Sequence record: DRR723986_9347
Length of the DNA stretch: 47,070 bases
Strand: one strand, 5' to 3'
Part shown: piece after piece, positions 28,001-37,168 of the stretch
How positions within the stretch are numbered: position 1 is the stretch's first letter
Layout: the number at the start of each line of letters is the position of its first letter
Made by a program: the position numbers and the translations under genes
Notes under the pieces: model-generated
Seen by the model: the letters and a program-made list of their open reading frames with translations, nothing else
Database searches by the model: none
Told to the model about the DNA's origin: nothing

Positions 28001-29080
28001 ATCAGCATAAGGACCTTCAAAAAAATCGACTCCGGCGGCTGGCGGATTATTTCCATACCCAAAATAACCACCTTCTGTTCCGTCAAAAGCATCACCGTTA
28101 TAAGTATATCCAAGTCCTCTACTTACATCACAACCAACATAATCATCATTAGGACCACCGAGGGCACCGTCAATGAAAACACCAAAATAGGTTCCGAATA
28201 AGGTTTGTGTTGAACGATTTACCAACTCATAATTATAGAAGGTCATGTTGTTGATTTCATCATTAGTGGCAAAGGCAAAAGCTTGACATCTGATTTCCAT
28301 TCCAAGTGGATCTCCTCCAGTTTCAGTATGGATATTTCCTTTATCATTCATTACCCACCATATAGTTTCATCTCCATAGAGAGTTACGGTTCGGTCATTG
28401 TCGCAGTCCAATTCTTTTTCAATATCATACCACGGATAATCTCCTTTTGTAGGATCATAATTTCCATCTTCATCTCGATCATAGAACGGTGCCAAATAAT
28501 AATCTTGGCCTAAAGTTGGGTCTCCATGAGCAGGCCATTCCAAAATTGAGAGTGGAATCTCATAATCAGGATAAAGCGTTTGTTGAGTTGAAGTTCCGTT
28601 GACAATATCTTGCTCTCCAGCTTTAAACCATGCATCAAACTGACGCACTTCGTCTTGGGTCACTCTAAAATGACGATCATATTTAGCACATTCACTCGGA
28701 ATAATTTCGGCGTCACCAGCTTCAGTTAATGGCCCAGTCCAGTAGTCATTTCCGTTTCGATAGCGAACGGCTGCAATTTTCAATTGACCGTTGACATCTA
28801 CTCCTCCTAACCACAAGGCTGAGGTGAAGAGCGCCATAATTCCTGAGCCCTTAGGCACTTCGTATTGTGAGAAATTTTGACCATCTATTTGCCATAAATT
28901 CCCTCCTGAATGAATAAGGGCTTTCACATTATTGAATTCAAGAAATGTAGATGCATTGGCAGGAGTACAACCAGCTGCGCGACTTTCATCTGGTCGAGCT
29001 TGAGAATGACTGCCAACAGTAGGTTGTCCCCAAGAAAATGGGAGAATAGCAAAAAGCAATAAGAGGGCTAAATACTTCAC
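25085..29080 (-). CDS. Large conserved secreted protein (1331 aa) with T9SS-type C-terminal target domain
   Basis: GTG start with signal peptide ending WG|Q. 'NNVKALI..GG.LW...YEVPKGSG', 'WWVMND', 'DDYVGCD', 'FQGYQVFQ'; C-terminal 'IKIVPNPYY...ITNLPENCTIRIF..G.LI...WDLKN...GLYIFHI'. Confidence 0.88.
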   Translation of the reverse strand: MKYLALLLLFAILPFSWGQPTVGSHSQARPDESRAAGCTPANASTFLEFNNVKALIHSGGNLWQIDGQNFSQYEVPKGSGIMALFTSALWLGGVDVNGQLKIAAVRYRNGNDYWTGPLTEAGDAEIIPSECAKYDRHFRVTQDEVRQFDAWFKAGEQDIVNGTSTQQTLYPDYEIPLSILEWPAHGDPTLGQDYYLAPFYDRDEDGNYDPTKGDYPWYDIEKELDCDNDRTVTLYGDETIWWVMNDKGNIHTETGGDPLGMEIRCQAFAFATNDEINNMTFYNYELVNRSTQTLFGTYFGVFIDGALGGPNDDYVGCDVSRGLGYTYNGDAFDGTEGGYFGYGNNPPAAGVDFFEGPYADNDGIDNPLTTNYPEAVAQNGIPYSGLGIGYGDGVIDNERLGMSRFLYYNNGAAGAQTDPQTAQEYYRYLSGFWKDGTPFVYGGSGHYASVGAIAAIEANYMFPGNSDPIGWGTGGNVQANWTEQTAGNLPFDRRFAQSSGPFILQPGAVNNITYGVVWARANTGDPFESVVELRKADDKAQALFDNCFKVLEGPHAPDLSIQEMENELIISIYNPPSSNNANEDYEEVDPFIVNVDNAPNFDNKYHFQGYQVFQLVDATVSPTDLNNVELARLVFQCDIKDTITKLINYTFDSNIGGPIPQIEVDGNNEGIYHSFSVKEDLFATGDRALVNFKSYYYMAVSYSANQFKIYDPNIPASLNGQQKPYLASRKASIGEVIAYEGIPHRPSIEAGGSSFSVPYGFELPVTRVDGWGNGGNWTDISEEAENTILANGYVNELEYQEGAGPVKIQVIDPLNITDADFQLFFEEDASGNLDSAGWELTNLTTGESINSESGIQQLNEYLIPEWGISVIIEQSKYRNTNQSYPNWEADPIGASIFFEDSSKAWLMGLEDDDIFYPTNWIRSGDEEADTVDCIPGELYNSCYYDDKNMDFDELYETLLDGTVAPFKLVGHEFIGMPIGFPDAVYGPTLLDPSSWFNPQVAQDKNSLADVHGVDLVITADKSKWTQCPVIETSHNNTQAEGNSSIMKLRAASSVDKNGNPISGTGMGWFPGYAIDVETGERLNLAFGENSWLIGSNGRDMVWNPTSEFADNVGLPLFGGGHSIYIFGVGINFSDAPRYDQGVWLHNQLSNETLPSYRTAWQNCMWVMQPLLVPNAELLATDVRIKLRVNHPYQNQVFTGVNQGRPAYTFSTSNFVSATGLSDVQIDELDLIKIVPNPYYAYSSYEQTQLDNRVKITNLPENCTIRIFNMAGQLIKTITKSNPLTFQDWDLKNEHNVIIAGGLYIFHIEIPGIGERILKWYGAIRTIDTTNL

Positions 29081-29228
29081 GAAACTAAGTTATCAAAATT
29101 TTACGGATGTGATGTTCACGAAAACGCTAGATCTTGTGAATTTTATGCTGGTCAAATAGAATTTATCAATTGTGACCAACCTAATGAGAATAACTCGCGT
29201 TTTAAATCATACCAAAACTTATTCCCCA

Positions 29229-29612
29229 ATGCATAAAAGTTTTATTCTCCTAGTTGTTTTCCTGTCATTTTTTTCTTGTAATAAAGAGGAAATACCTCCA
29301 GAACCAGAAGTAACTTATCCCGATTTGGTTGGTAATTATAGTTGCTCAGTTCATCATAAGTTAACCACTATAAATGGGGATGAAATTGATACAGTTTATT
29401 CCGACACGCTTGTCATTTCAGAAAACACTTCTGATTTATTGATTAAAAATTACGCCTTTAGTTTAGACTCTTTGCTGGACAGCACACATGCTGATAGTTA
29501 CTATCAAGGCTGGGAATATCTGAAGTTTAAGGATGATAGTATTTATTTTGACCATGCCTCATGGGGAAATGGCTATCAAACTTATTATTGGCATAGTGGT
29601 AAAAAAATGTAG
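29229..29612 (+). CDS. Hypothetical lipoprotein
   Basis: Likely start ATG 29229; lipobox FFSC followed by acidic 'NKEE' and 'DLVGNY'. Confidence 0.75.
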   Translation: MHKSFILLVVFLSFFSCNKEEIPPEPEVTYPDLVGNYSCSVHHKLTTINGDEIDTVYSDTLVISENTSDLLIKNYAFSLDSLLDSTHADSYYQGWEYLKFKDDSIYFDHASWGNGYQTYYWHSGKKM

Positions 29613-29615
29613 GTT

Positions 29616-30869
29616 CTATATTCCCTCCACGAATTTCTTCATTAATAATTCTACCTCATCAAATTTTTCAAGGGGTGTGTTTTCGGCTGTATCATAGATG
29701 TCGTGGTAGTTTTTGACTTTTCCCATTGAGTAGATAAAAAAGGCTGGAACACCCATTTCTGAAAAGAAATAATGATCTGAATTTGCTGTTGGACCTCGTT
29801 TTTTAATGGTCTTTAATAGTTGAAATTCTTCATTAATTGCTACCATTTCATTAAATGCTTTTTCATGTTTAGTACCGTTTACGAGCGTTATCCCGTCTGA
29901 TGCGCCTCCCATTATGTCAATATTGAGAACGAATTTGACTTTCTTAAGAGGGAAGTAAGGGTGTTCAACGAAATACTTTGAACCAACGAGGCCGGCCTCC
30001 TCACCACTAAACAAACAAAACACAATGGTAAATTTTGGTTTGTTTTGCATATAATGTTTTGCCAAGGATAATAACATGGCAACCCCTGAGGCATTATCAT
30101 TGGCGCCAGGGAAATAGGTGTCAGGCCCCATTCGTCCTAGATGATCGTAATGCCCTGTAAAAACAACATATTTCTTTTTCTTTTTTCCTGGAATCATCCC
30201 GATAATGTTTTTGGTCTGATAATCGGTGATGTAATGATTATTGATTTTAAGCGCTACTTTTTCAACTTTGGAATATGAAGCTGAGTCAATCGTTATTAGT
30301 GGATAATTGCTGTGAACGCGTCCAACCGAATACATCTGTTTTTTATTCGTAACTGAAATAACAGGAAAGTACTTTGTGGCTTCATAAGTTAAGCCCGTGA
30401 TTTCATCCAACACCTTTTTATCCTGAACATCAATAAAATTGAATGCAAATACCGTTTGGCTTGGATCCATTTGTTTAAAGTTGAGCTTGCCACCAAACTG
30501 CGTAAAATAATTCGAGGAGTTGATCTCAACTAAATCAAATGTTCCTTGTGCTGAACCAGATATCGGCGAAACTAGATAATCCGCCCCTGGAGTTAGAGTG
30601 TCAGTTCCAAGAATTACTTCAATTTGATGGGGAAAGGTGTTTACTTTAAATGAATAATCTTGAGTAAAGCTTTTGTTTTTGAAGGGTTGAACGCCAATTC
30701 TTTTGAATTCATCTACTAAAAATTCAGCTGCTCTAACATCTCCTTGATTTACATATCCTCTTCCGTCAAAATGAGGAGAACAAAGCGTGTCCAATATCGT
30801 TTTTGCATAATCTTTTTGCCCAAGAGAGCAGAAAGCGGCTAAAAACAATAAGCTGAACAATATTTTCAT
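29616..30869 (-). CDS. M28 family metallopeptidase
   Basis: 'GHYDHLG', 'GANDNASG', 'GEEAG', 'LNIDIMG', 'SDH', 'YHDIYD'. Confidence 0.92.
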   Translation of the reverse strand: MKILFSLLFLAAFCSLGQKDYAKTILDTLCSPHFDGRGYVNQGDVRAAEFLVDEFKRIGVQPFKNKSFTQDYSFKVNTFPHQIEVILGTDTLTPGADYLVSPISGSAQGTFDLVEINSSNYFTQFGGKLNFKQMDPSQTVFAFNFIDVQDKKVLDEITGLTYEATKYFPVISVTNKKQMYSVGRVHSNYPLITIDSASYSKVEKVALKINNHYITDYQTKNIIGMIPGKKKKKYVVFTGHYDHLGRMGPDTYFPGANDNASGVAMLLSLAKHYMQNKPKFTIVFCLFSGEEAGLVGSKYFVEHPYFPLKKVKFVLNIDIMGGASDGITLVNGTKHEKAFNEMVAINEEFQLLKTIKKRGPTANSDHYFFSEMGVPAFFIYSMGKVKNYHDIYDTAENTPLEKFDEVELLMKKFVEGI

Positions 30870-31630
30870 AGGTATCTTCTTTCTACCAACTCTACAAATT
30901 TGATGATTGATTTATTTTCTAGATCCCAATTGTACTGGGTTGAATACTCATTCAATTTGTTTTTTGCTTCTTCACCATCATTACAATTATTTAGTGTAGC
31001 AATGGCCTCTTCATACACATCATTTTTACCATCAAACATAAAAGTGATGTATTCGAATTTTTTAGCAATACTGATTTCAGATTTCAAATCTGAAATGGGG
31101 GTATTCTGCAGTTTTTTACGAAGACTTAATTCATCTTCGGCATTTTTTAGTTGTTGATTCAATGAATTAACATCAGCCGGCTGATCTTTCGTGCCGCTTG
31201 ATTTTGGGAAAATTTCATCTTCTTCTTTTTCAGATTCTGAGAATGATTTGATATCCTCTGAAGGGATCATTTCTAAATCACTTTCTTCTCCTAATACTTC
31301 ATCAATTTTCTCTTCAGTTTCTTGAACTGAATCATCTATTGCGGAAAAATCAAAACTAGGTTGCTCATCAACTTCAGCTTCATCAGACATTGCAGAAAAA
31401 TCAATGGCTTCTTCTTGTTCGTTATTTGATTCTACTTCTTGTGCAGCAGGTTCATCAACTTCAGTTTCTTTTGGTTCGCCATAGTTTTCGTAGGCCTTAT
31501 ATTTAACGATTAATAACCGTTCGTACAGCTCTCTGGCATCTTCAACAAGGGATTCAAGCTCAGTTAGCTCTAGATCGCCTTGTTCTAGTTTGGATAATTT
31601 TTCTTGAAGTTTTTCGTTTATTTCTTTCAT
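30866..31630 (-). CDS. Conserved hypothetical acidic protein
   Basis: 254 aa with an acidic low-complexity middle; C-terminal 'ISIAKKFEY..MF.G...Y..AI..LN...YNWD...F.ELVERRY'; stop overlaps the M28 start. Confidence 0.8.
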   Translation of the reverse strand: MKEINEKLQEKLSKLEQGDLELTELESLVEDARELYERLLIVKYKAYENYGEPKETEVDEPAAQEVESNNEQEEAIDFSAMSDEAEVDEQPSFDFSAIDDSVQETEEKIDEVLGEESDLEMIPSEDIKSFSESEKEEDEIFPKSSGTKDQPADVNSLNQQLKNAEDELSLRKKLQNTPISDLKSEISIAKKFEYITFMFDGKNDVYEEAIATLNNCNDGEEAKNKLNEYSTQYNWDLENKSIIKFVELVERRYL

Positions 31631-31708
31631 TCTGAAAAGATGTTGTTAACCATTCAATGCATTTATACACAATTGATAAAAGTCAAGTAAAATTAAATTT
31701 ATATTTGA

Positions 31709-32335
31709 TTGCAAAAGCTAGAAAAATTGGAAATTTCTCAAAAAACAGATGTTAACATCTTAAGGCGCACAACCTTTAGCCCTCGTGTAAAAAACGCACA
31801 AATAAAGCTCATCTGTGGACCCATGTTTTCTGGTAAAACTACCCACCTTTTAAAAGCAGTCAATCAAGAACGTTCAGCAGGTAAAAAAGTTTTTGTTTTT
31901 AAGCCTAAGTTAGATGATCGATATGCTGAAGAAGCTGTAGTGTCTCACGATAAAAATCAAGTAGAAGCGTATCCTGTTTCAAAATCTGTTGAGATTTTAG
32001 ATTATTTCATGAATGCTGATGTTGTGGCAATTGACGAAGTCCAATTTTTTGATGAGCAAATCGTTGAAGTGTGTCAAAAAGTTGCAAACTCTGGTAAAAC
32101 AGTGATTGCTGCTGGCCTTGATATGGATTATTTAGGAAGACCATTCGGACAAATTCCAATGCTGCTAACCGTTGCTGATGACATTAAAAAGTTGAATTCT
32201 GTATGTACATTTTGTTCTGGTAAAGCAAGATTCTCTCATAGAATTTCACAAGATAATGGCATAGTGGTGCTCGGCGAAAAGGACAAATACGTACCTTTAT
32301 GTCGTAGCTGTTACCACGAACTAAAGGATAAGTGA
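31709..32335 (+). CDS. tdk: Thymidine kinase
   Basis: 'ICGPMFSGKT', 'KPKLDDRY', 'IDEVQFF', 'AGLDMDY..PFG', Zn ligands CxxC..CRSC. Start uncertain: the -7 box at 31700-31707 favours TTG 31727. Confidence 0.93.
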   Translation: MQKLEKLEISQKTDVNILRRTTFSPRVKNAQIKLICGPMFSGKTTHLLKAVNQERSAGKKVFVFKPKLDDRYAEEAVVSHDKNQVEAYPVSKSVEILDYFMNADVVAIDEVQFFDEQIVEVCQKVANSGKTVIAAGLDMDYLGRPFGQIPMLLTVADDIKKLNSVCTFCSGKARFSHRISQDNGIVVLGEKDKYVPLCRSCYHELKDK

Positions 32336-34629
32336 ACCTTCCCTATTCAATAAAAGAAATCTGTACTATTTTAAATGCTCCAATTCCAGAAGGAATTCGG
32401 GACCCTGCGCAGCTTGTTAAGAACGTGGTTATTGACAGTCGTTCGCCTCGAGTTACTGCGAACACATTATTCGTAGCCTTAAAAGGAAATAAACAGGATG
32501 GTCATAAATTCATTGGAAAATTTGAGCTAGCCGGAGGTAATTTTGCCCTTGTTTCGGAGCCCGTTAAGACATCAAGAGTTCATCAAATTGTGGTTGAAGA
32601 TCCACTGAGAGCACTACAATTACTAGCAAAAGAACACAGAGCACGATTCAAATATCCTGTAATTGGAATTACCGGAAGTAATGGAAAAACGATTGTTAAG
32701 GAATGGATCTACCATCTGTTAAAGAATAAATTTTCAATTGTTCGAAGTCCCAAAAGTTTTAACAGCCAAATTGGTGTGGCGCTTTCACTCCTAGAAATGT
32801 CAACTGACAATAATTTAGCAATTATTGAGGCAGGAATAGCCGCTCCAAATGATATGGACATTTTAGAAGAAATGATCCAACCAACCATTGGGGTTTTCAC
32901 CGGAATAGGAGATGCCCATGGCGCTAATTTTGAATCTAAAGCTCAAAAAAAAGAAGAGAAGTTCAAGCTGTTTAAAAATGTGCAAGAACTTATTCAATTA
33001 GAAGAAAACGACCAATTATTAGGTCCAATCCCATTTCAAGATGAAGCCTCAATAGCCAATGCAAAGCTCGCGACAAAAGTTGCCTTAAGTTTTGAGCTAC
33101 CGCAAGAAGAACTTGTAGACAAACTAGCTCAATTGCCTAAAGTATCTATGCGTTTAGAGCAGCTGAAAGGGATAAATAATTGCACTTTAATTAATGACGC
33201 TTATACTGCAGATTTTTCTGCTTTAGAAATCGCTTTAAGGCATTTAACGGAATTAGCAGGTTTAAAAAAGAAGGTGCTCGTACTCAACTTTTCAGATGAA
33301 CAATTACAGAACATTCAACCTCAAGCAATTGCTGATTTGATATACACAGCTTCGTTAAATGAGATTGCATTTATTGGCTCTGAAAATTTATTGGCAAAGG
33401 CAAGGATAGCGGGCAATTATTTTCATTCGGTAGATGAGTTCTTAGAAAATCCACCAAATTATAAAGACGCCATTATTCTTTTCAAAGGTTCACGCTTCAA
33501 TAGTCTAGAAAAAATAGTGCGTCATTATTCTGAGAAAAAGCACATTACGCAATTAGAAGTCAACCTTTCAGCCATGCGAAAAAACTTAAATGTGTTTCGT
33601 TCTCAGCTAAAAGAAGGTGTAAAAACGCTGGCTATGGTAAAGGCCCAATCCTATGGGACAGGATTAATTGATAGCGCGTTATTTTTACAGGCAGAGGGAG
33701 TAAATTATTTGGGAGTTGCCTATGCTGATGAAGGGGTTACCCTTCGAAATGCGGGAATTAAAACCCCAATTATGGTGATGAATCCAGAAGAAACGGCCTT
33801 TGATGAAATGATTGATTTCGATTTAGAGCCGAGTATCTATTCAACACCTCTATTACAATCTTTATTGCATCATCTTATTTTAAGAAAAAAAACCCACTTT
33901 CCAATCCATCTCAAACTGGATACCGGAATGAATAGGTTAGGTTTTAAAAATGATGCGATAGCTGATTTAATCAGCACCTTGAAAACTCAACCAGAGGTCT
34001 ATGTGAAAACAGCATTCTCTCATTTGTCAGTATCCGAAGATATAGCTCATAAAGATTTTACGGAAAATCAAATAGCTGAGTTTAAACAAATGACCACTCA
34101 GATTATAGAAGCAATTGGCTATGCTTTTGACCGTCATCTGGCCAATTCTGCTGCCATTTTGAATTATCCCGAATCACATTTCGATATGGTAAGGATAGGT
34201 ATTGGAATGTATGGTTTGTTAGCGGATAAAAAAAGTCAATTAGAAGATGTGCTCAGCTTTAAAACGCAAATTTCTCAAATCAAAGAATTGAAAGAAGGAG
34301 ATTCTGTTGGATATGGAAGGACCTTTATCGCGAAGCAGAATACTACTATTGGAATCATCCCTGTTGGATACGCAGATGGATTAAGAAGAAGCTTGAGTGA
34401 AGGAAAATGGCAGGTAATTGTGAATAATAACTCGGCCAAAATTCTGGGTACTATATGCATGGATATGTGCATTATAGACCTGACAGGTATTCCTTCAAAA
34501 ATTGGAGATGATGTTCAGATTTTTGGTACAGAAAACTCCATTTTTGAAATGGCAGCCATTTTAGAAACTATTCCTTACGAGATTATTGCAGGAATTTCAA
34601 ATCGTGTGCACAGAGTTTATCTCGACTAA
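32332..34629 (+). CDS. alr: Bifunctional MurF-like ligase / alanine racemase
   Basis: N-half 'IDSR', 'GITGSNGKTIVKE', 'SPKSFNSQIGV', 'INDAY', 'KGSR'; C-half PLP Lys 'MVKAQSYG', 'HLKLDTGMNRLG', 'HLANS', 'VGYG', 'CMDM', 'TIPYE'. Confidence 0.93.
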   Translation: MNLPYSIKEICTILNAPIPEGIRDPAQLVKNVVIDSRSPRVTANTLFVALKGNKQDGHKFIGKFELAGGNFALVSEPVKTSRVHQIVVEDPLRALQLLAKEHRARFKYPVIGITGSNGKTIVKEWIYHLLKNKFSIVRSPKSFNSQIGVALSLLEMSTDNNLAIIEAGIAAPNDMDILEEMIQPTIGVFTGIGDAHGANFESKAQKKEEKFKLFKNVQELIQLEENDQLLGPIPFQDEASIANAKLATKVALSFELPQEELVDKLAQLPKVSMRLEQLKGINNCTLINDAYTADFSALEIALRHLTELAGLKKKVLVLNFSDEQLQNIQPQAIADLIYTASLNEIAFIGSENLLAKARIAGNYFHSVDEFLENPPNYKDAIILFKGSRFNSLEKIVRHYSEKKHITQLEVNLSAMRKNLNVFRSQLKEGVKTLAMVKAQSYGTGLIDSALFLQAEGVNYLGVAYADEGVTLRNAGIKTPIMVMNPEETAFDEMIDFDLEPSIYSTPLLQSLLHHLILRKKTHFPIHLKLDTGMNRLGFKNDAIADLISTLKTQPEVYVKTAFSHLSVSEDIAHKDFTENQIAEFKQMTTQIIEAIGYAFDRHLANSAAILNYPESHFDMVRIGIGMYGLLADKKSQLEDVLSFKTQISQIKELKEGDSVGYGRTFIAKQNTTIGIIPVGYADGLRRSLSEGKWQVIVNNNSAKILGTICMDMCIIDLTGIPSKIGDDVQIFGTENSIFEMAAILETIPYEIIAGISNRVHRVYLD

Positions 34630-35568
34630 TTACTTGAATAATTCAGTCATCACTTGACCTTTTGATTTTTCTAATTTAAATCCAAGAAGTTCACCAATGG
34701 TTACTGGAATATCAATTTGTTCTCTTTCAGTATCGATAATCAAATTAGATTTAAAATCCGGGCCTGAGGCAAAGAAGTTGATGTGACGACAACCTTCACA
34801 ACCATCACCATGTGAAATAAATCCGTCTTTTCTTCCATCTGGATGTCGGCCATGATCATTCGTTACAAAGACAGTAGTTTTTCCTCTATAATGTTCGCTT
34901 TCTGAGATAAACTGAAAAATCTGATAAATGTATTGATCAGTTTGTTTAGTAGTTTCTAAGAACTTTTTATAATTCCCTGCATGTCCCCATGCATCTGGCT
35001 GTCTGAAATTGACAATTACCAAATTTGGCTTTTTTTCCTCAAGAATTTTAATGGTCTGAAGATAGGTAACCCGATCTGGACGATAACCTGAATTTAATCC
35101 ATTGTATCCGCAATCTTGAGCTGGTCTGTATTGACCTTTCCAATCCTTCTTTTTACAATTAGTCAAAATCGCTAATTTATCTTTACTAGCAATCACAAAA
35201 GCAGCACTTCTCTTTTTGCCAGTTGCCTTTAAATAGTATTGAAACATGGTTGGATGCTTTGGCAATTCACTTCCGTCGTTTCGCACTTTTTGGTAGACAC
35301 CAGTACAAATTGCTGTATGTCCAGAACAAGTATATGTGGGACCTTTATTCCAAAAATTGGTTGAAATTACGCCGTGTTGAGCCATTTTATTGGCCATATT
35401 TGGAACAAGTTTATGGCTTGAATCACCCCAAGTTTCACAATACCTAGGCCCATCCATGATTAGAACAAGCACATTTTCGGTTTTGTACTTTTTAGCCTCC
35501 TGGTTATAAGCCTGAGTTGCTGTGAACAACAACGTTATCAGGGTTAGAATTTTAAATAATTTTCTCAT
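34630..35568 (-). CDS. Secreted alkaline phosphatase superfamily metalloenzyme
   Basis: Likely start ATG 35568. 'LIMDGPR', 'PTYTCSGH..ICTG', 'DAWGH', 'TNDHG', 'SHGD'. Confidence 0.85.
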   Translation of the reverse strand: MRKLFKILTLITLLFTATQAYNQEAKKYKTENVLVLIMDGPRYCETWGDSSHKLVPNMANKMAQHGVISTNFWNKGPTYTCSGHTAICTGVYQKVRNDGSELPKHPTMFQYYLKATGKKRSAAFVIASKDKLAILTNCKKKDWKGQYRPAQDCGYNGLNSGYRPDRVTYLQTIKILEEKKPNLVIVNFRQPDAWGHAGNYKKFLETTKQTDQYIYQIFQFISESEHYRGKTTVFVTNDHGRHPDGRKDGFISHGDGCEGCRHINFFASGPDFKSNLIIDTEREQIDIPVTIGELLGFKLEKSKGQVMTELFK

Positions 35569-35710
35569 CCAACACAAATTTCAATTTCCAAAGTAACTTA
35601 AAATAGTTGACAGCTTATATAATAGGAGGTGTTTTTCACCAAAATGTTGTGGATTCTTTGGTTCGTTCATTGAAACTTAACCCCCATTAATTCTGTTTTT
35701 TTGTAGAGGA

Positions 35711-36598
35711 ATGCAATTTTCAAGCCTAATCATACTATTAATTAGTTTTTCATCATTTGGTCAGATGGTGTTGAATCCTCAGGGCGATATTTTAGAGGGG
35801 AAACCGTTTTTTAACCCAGAGGTGGTAAAGCAATTTAAAGTAAAATCAATTCGTGGGCACTATGCAACAAAGTTTGACATGGACATTATTCGACCAAATG
35901 CAGATGCCTATGTCTATGAGTTTGATCGTTTAGGCCAAATGGTGAGAGAATATAAGATTCATATGGGAGATACTTTGATTTCTTCGTTTCAATATGATTA
36001 TAAAGGAAACATCACTTTACACAGAGAGTCAAATAAATTTGGCTATCACGAAACCAGATATTTTTATGATGACAGAAATAGGGTAACCCGTTTAGAAATA
36101 AGAAGAGATCAAAAAGAGCACCTAAACAAATTAAGTTTTGAGTTGGATGAATCAAAAATAATTGCAGAAGAAAGATTTGAATACATTCCTTTAGATGGTA
36201 TGAATTATAAAAAGTTATGTTACAACGGAGCAAATCGAGTTTATCGGATAGAGTTTTTCTATTTCAACGATAAAGCTCAATTAATAAAGAAAGAGTCCGC
36301 GCTTCATAATGGATCTGGCCGAGTTGAAACCAATTATATCTATACTAAAAAAGGAAAAGTTGAAACAGTTAAATCTATTGCTGTAGGTTCCGGTCGACAT
36401 GAAAAATTGAAAAAATTTGAATATGACCAACAAGGCAATGTACTTTCAAGAAAGATCTATCGCAGTGATAAAATCATTTCAGAAGAACAGTTTGTATTTC
36501 ATGAGGGTTCTGGATTATTGAAAGCAATTATATCCAGAGGGTCAGAGGGTAATATGTTAACCATACTGCAATTCAGTAACTACCAGTACTTCAAGTAG
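35711..36598 (+). CDS. Secreted protein with YD/RHS-like beta-hairpin repeats
   Basis: Signal peptide ending FG|Q; repeats EFDRLGQM, QYDYKGNI, FYDDRNRV, YFNDKAQL, IYTKKGKV, EYDQQGNV. Confidence 0.7.
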   Translation: MQFSSLIILLISFSSFGQMVLNPQGDILEGKPFFNPEVVKQFKVKSIRGHYATKFDMDIIRPNADAYVYEFDRLGQMVREYKIHMGDTLISSFQYDYKGNITLHRESNKFGYHETRYFYDDRNRVTRLEIRRDQKEHLNKLSFELDESKIIAEERFEYIPLDGMNYKKLCYNGANRVYRIEFFYFNDKAQLIKKESALHNGSGRVETNYIYTKKGKVETVKSIAVGSGRHEKLKKFEYDQQGNVLSRKIYRSDKIISEEQFVFHEGSGLLKAIISRGSEGNMLTILQFSNYQYFK

Positions 36599-37001
36599 CG
36601 GGGTATTCAACAATATTGCGATCTGTTTCAAATAGTCGCACTTTTAAATCAAGTGAAGCATCCAGTTTTCCGCGCAACAGGTTCCAAATAACAATACAAA
36701 TATTCTCAGCTGTTGGATTTAGGGTTTTAAACTCTTCGGTGTCTAGGTTTAAATTTTTATGATCAAACCGGTTTTCTATTTCTTCTTCAATTAGCTTGCT
36801 AAGTATTTTCAAGTCAATTAAGTAACCTGTTTCCTCATCAATTTTGCCGCTAAGCCAAACTTCTAATTGATAATTGTGACCATGAAAGTTTGGGTTGTTA
36901 CATTTGCCAAAAATCGCTTTGTTTTTCGCTTCATCCCATTCAGGATTGTGTAAGCGGTGTGCTGCGTTAAAATGTGCTTTTCTGCAAACTGAAATTTTCA
37001 T
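36591..37001 (-). CDS. queD: 6-carboxytetrahydropterin / 6-pyruvoyl-tetrahydropterin synthase
   Basis: 'FNAAHRL', 'FGKCNNPNFHGHNY', 'FDHKNLN', 'PTAENI', 'LFET'. Confidence 0.9.
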   Translation of the reverse strand: MKISVCRKAHFNAAHRLHNPEWDEAKNKAIFGKCNNPNFHGHNYQLEVWLSGKIDEETGYLIDLKILSKLIEEEIENRFDHKNLNLDTEEFKTLNPTAENICIVIWNLLRGKLDASLDLKVRLFETDRNIVEYPAT

Positions 37002-37168
37002 CTTGTCTGAACTTTTTCTAGTATAAATGTAAGGTTTAAATCGCTTGTTTTGTTCAAGTGCGAAGCAGATAAGTTGTATTTAGCTAGAATTTACTTTTCT
37101 GAAATTGATTTTTTTCTTTTCTTTGCAGCTTATTGGCTTGATTAATTGAGTCATTAGACCTAAACTCA

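Noticed and set aside
27736..28152. 138-aa plus-strand ORF, and the other short nested ORFs in the track (e.g. 2670-2927, 11067-11342, 14295-14609, 24505-24804, 45935-46213, 46591-46800)
   Set aside because: They lie antisense to or out of frame within well-supported genes, have odd composition and show no recognisable motifs; treated as shadow ORFs.
31663..31671. DnaA-box match TTATACACA upstream of tdk
   Set aside because: A single degenerate 9-mer is expected by chance several times in 47 kb of AT-rich DNA; there is no box cluster or oriC context.
32332..34629. MurF-Alr fusion as a novelty
   Set aside because: This fusion is a known, widespread Bacteroidota arrangement.
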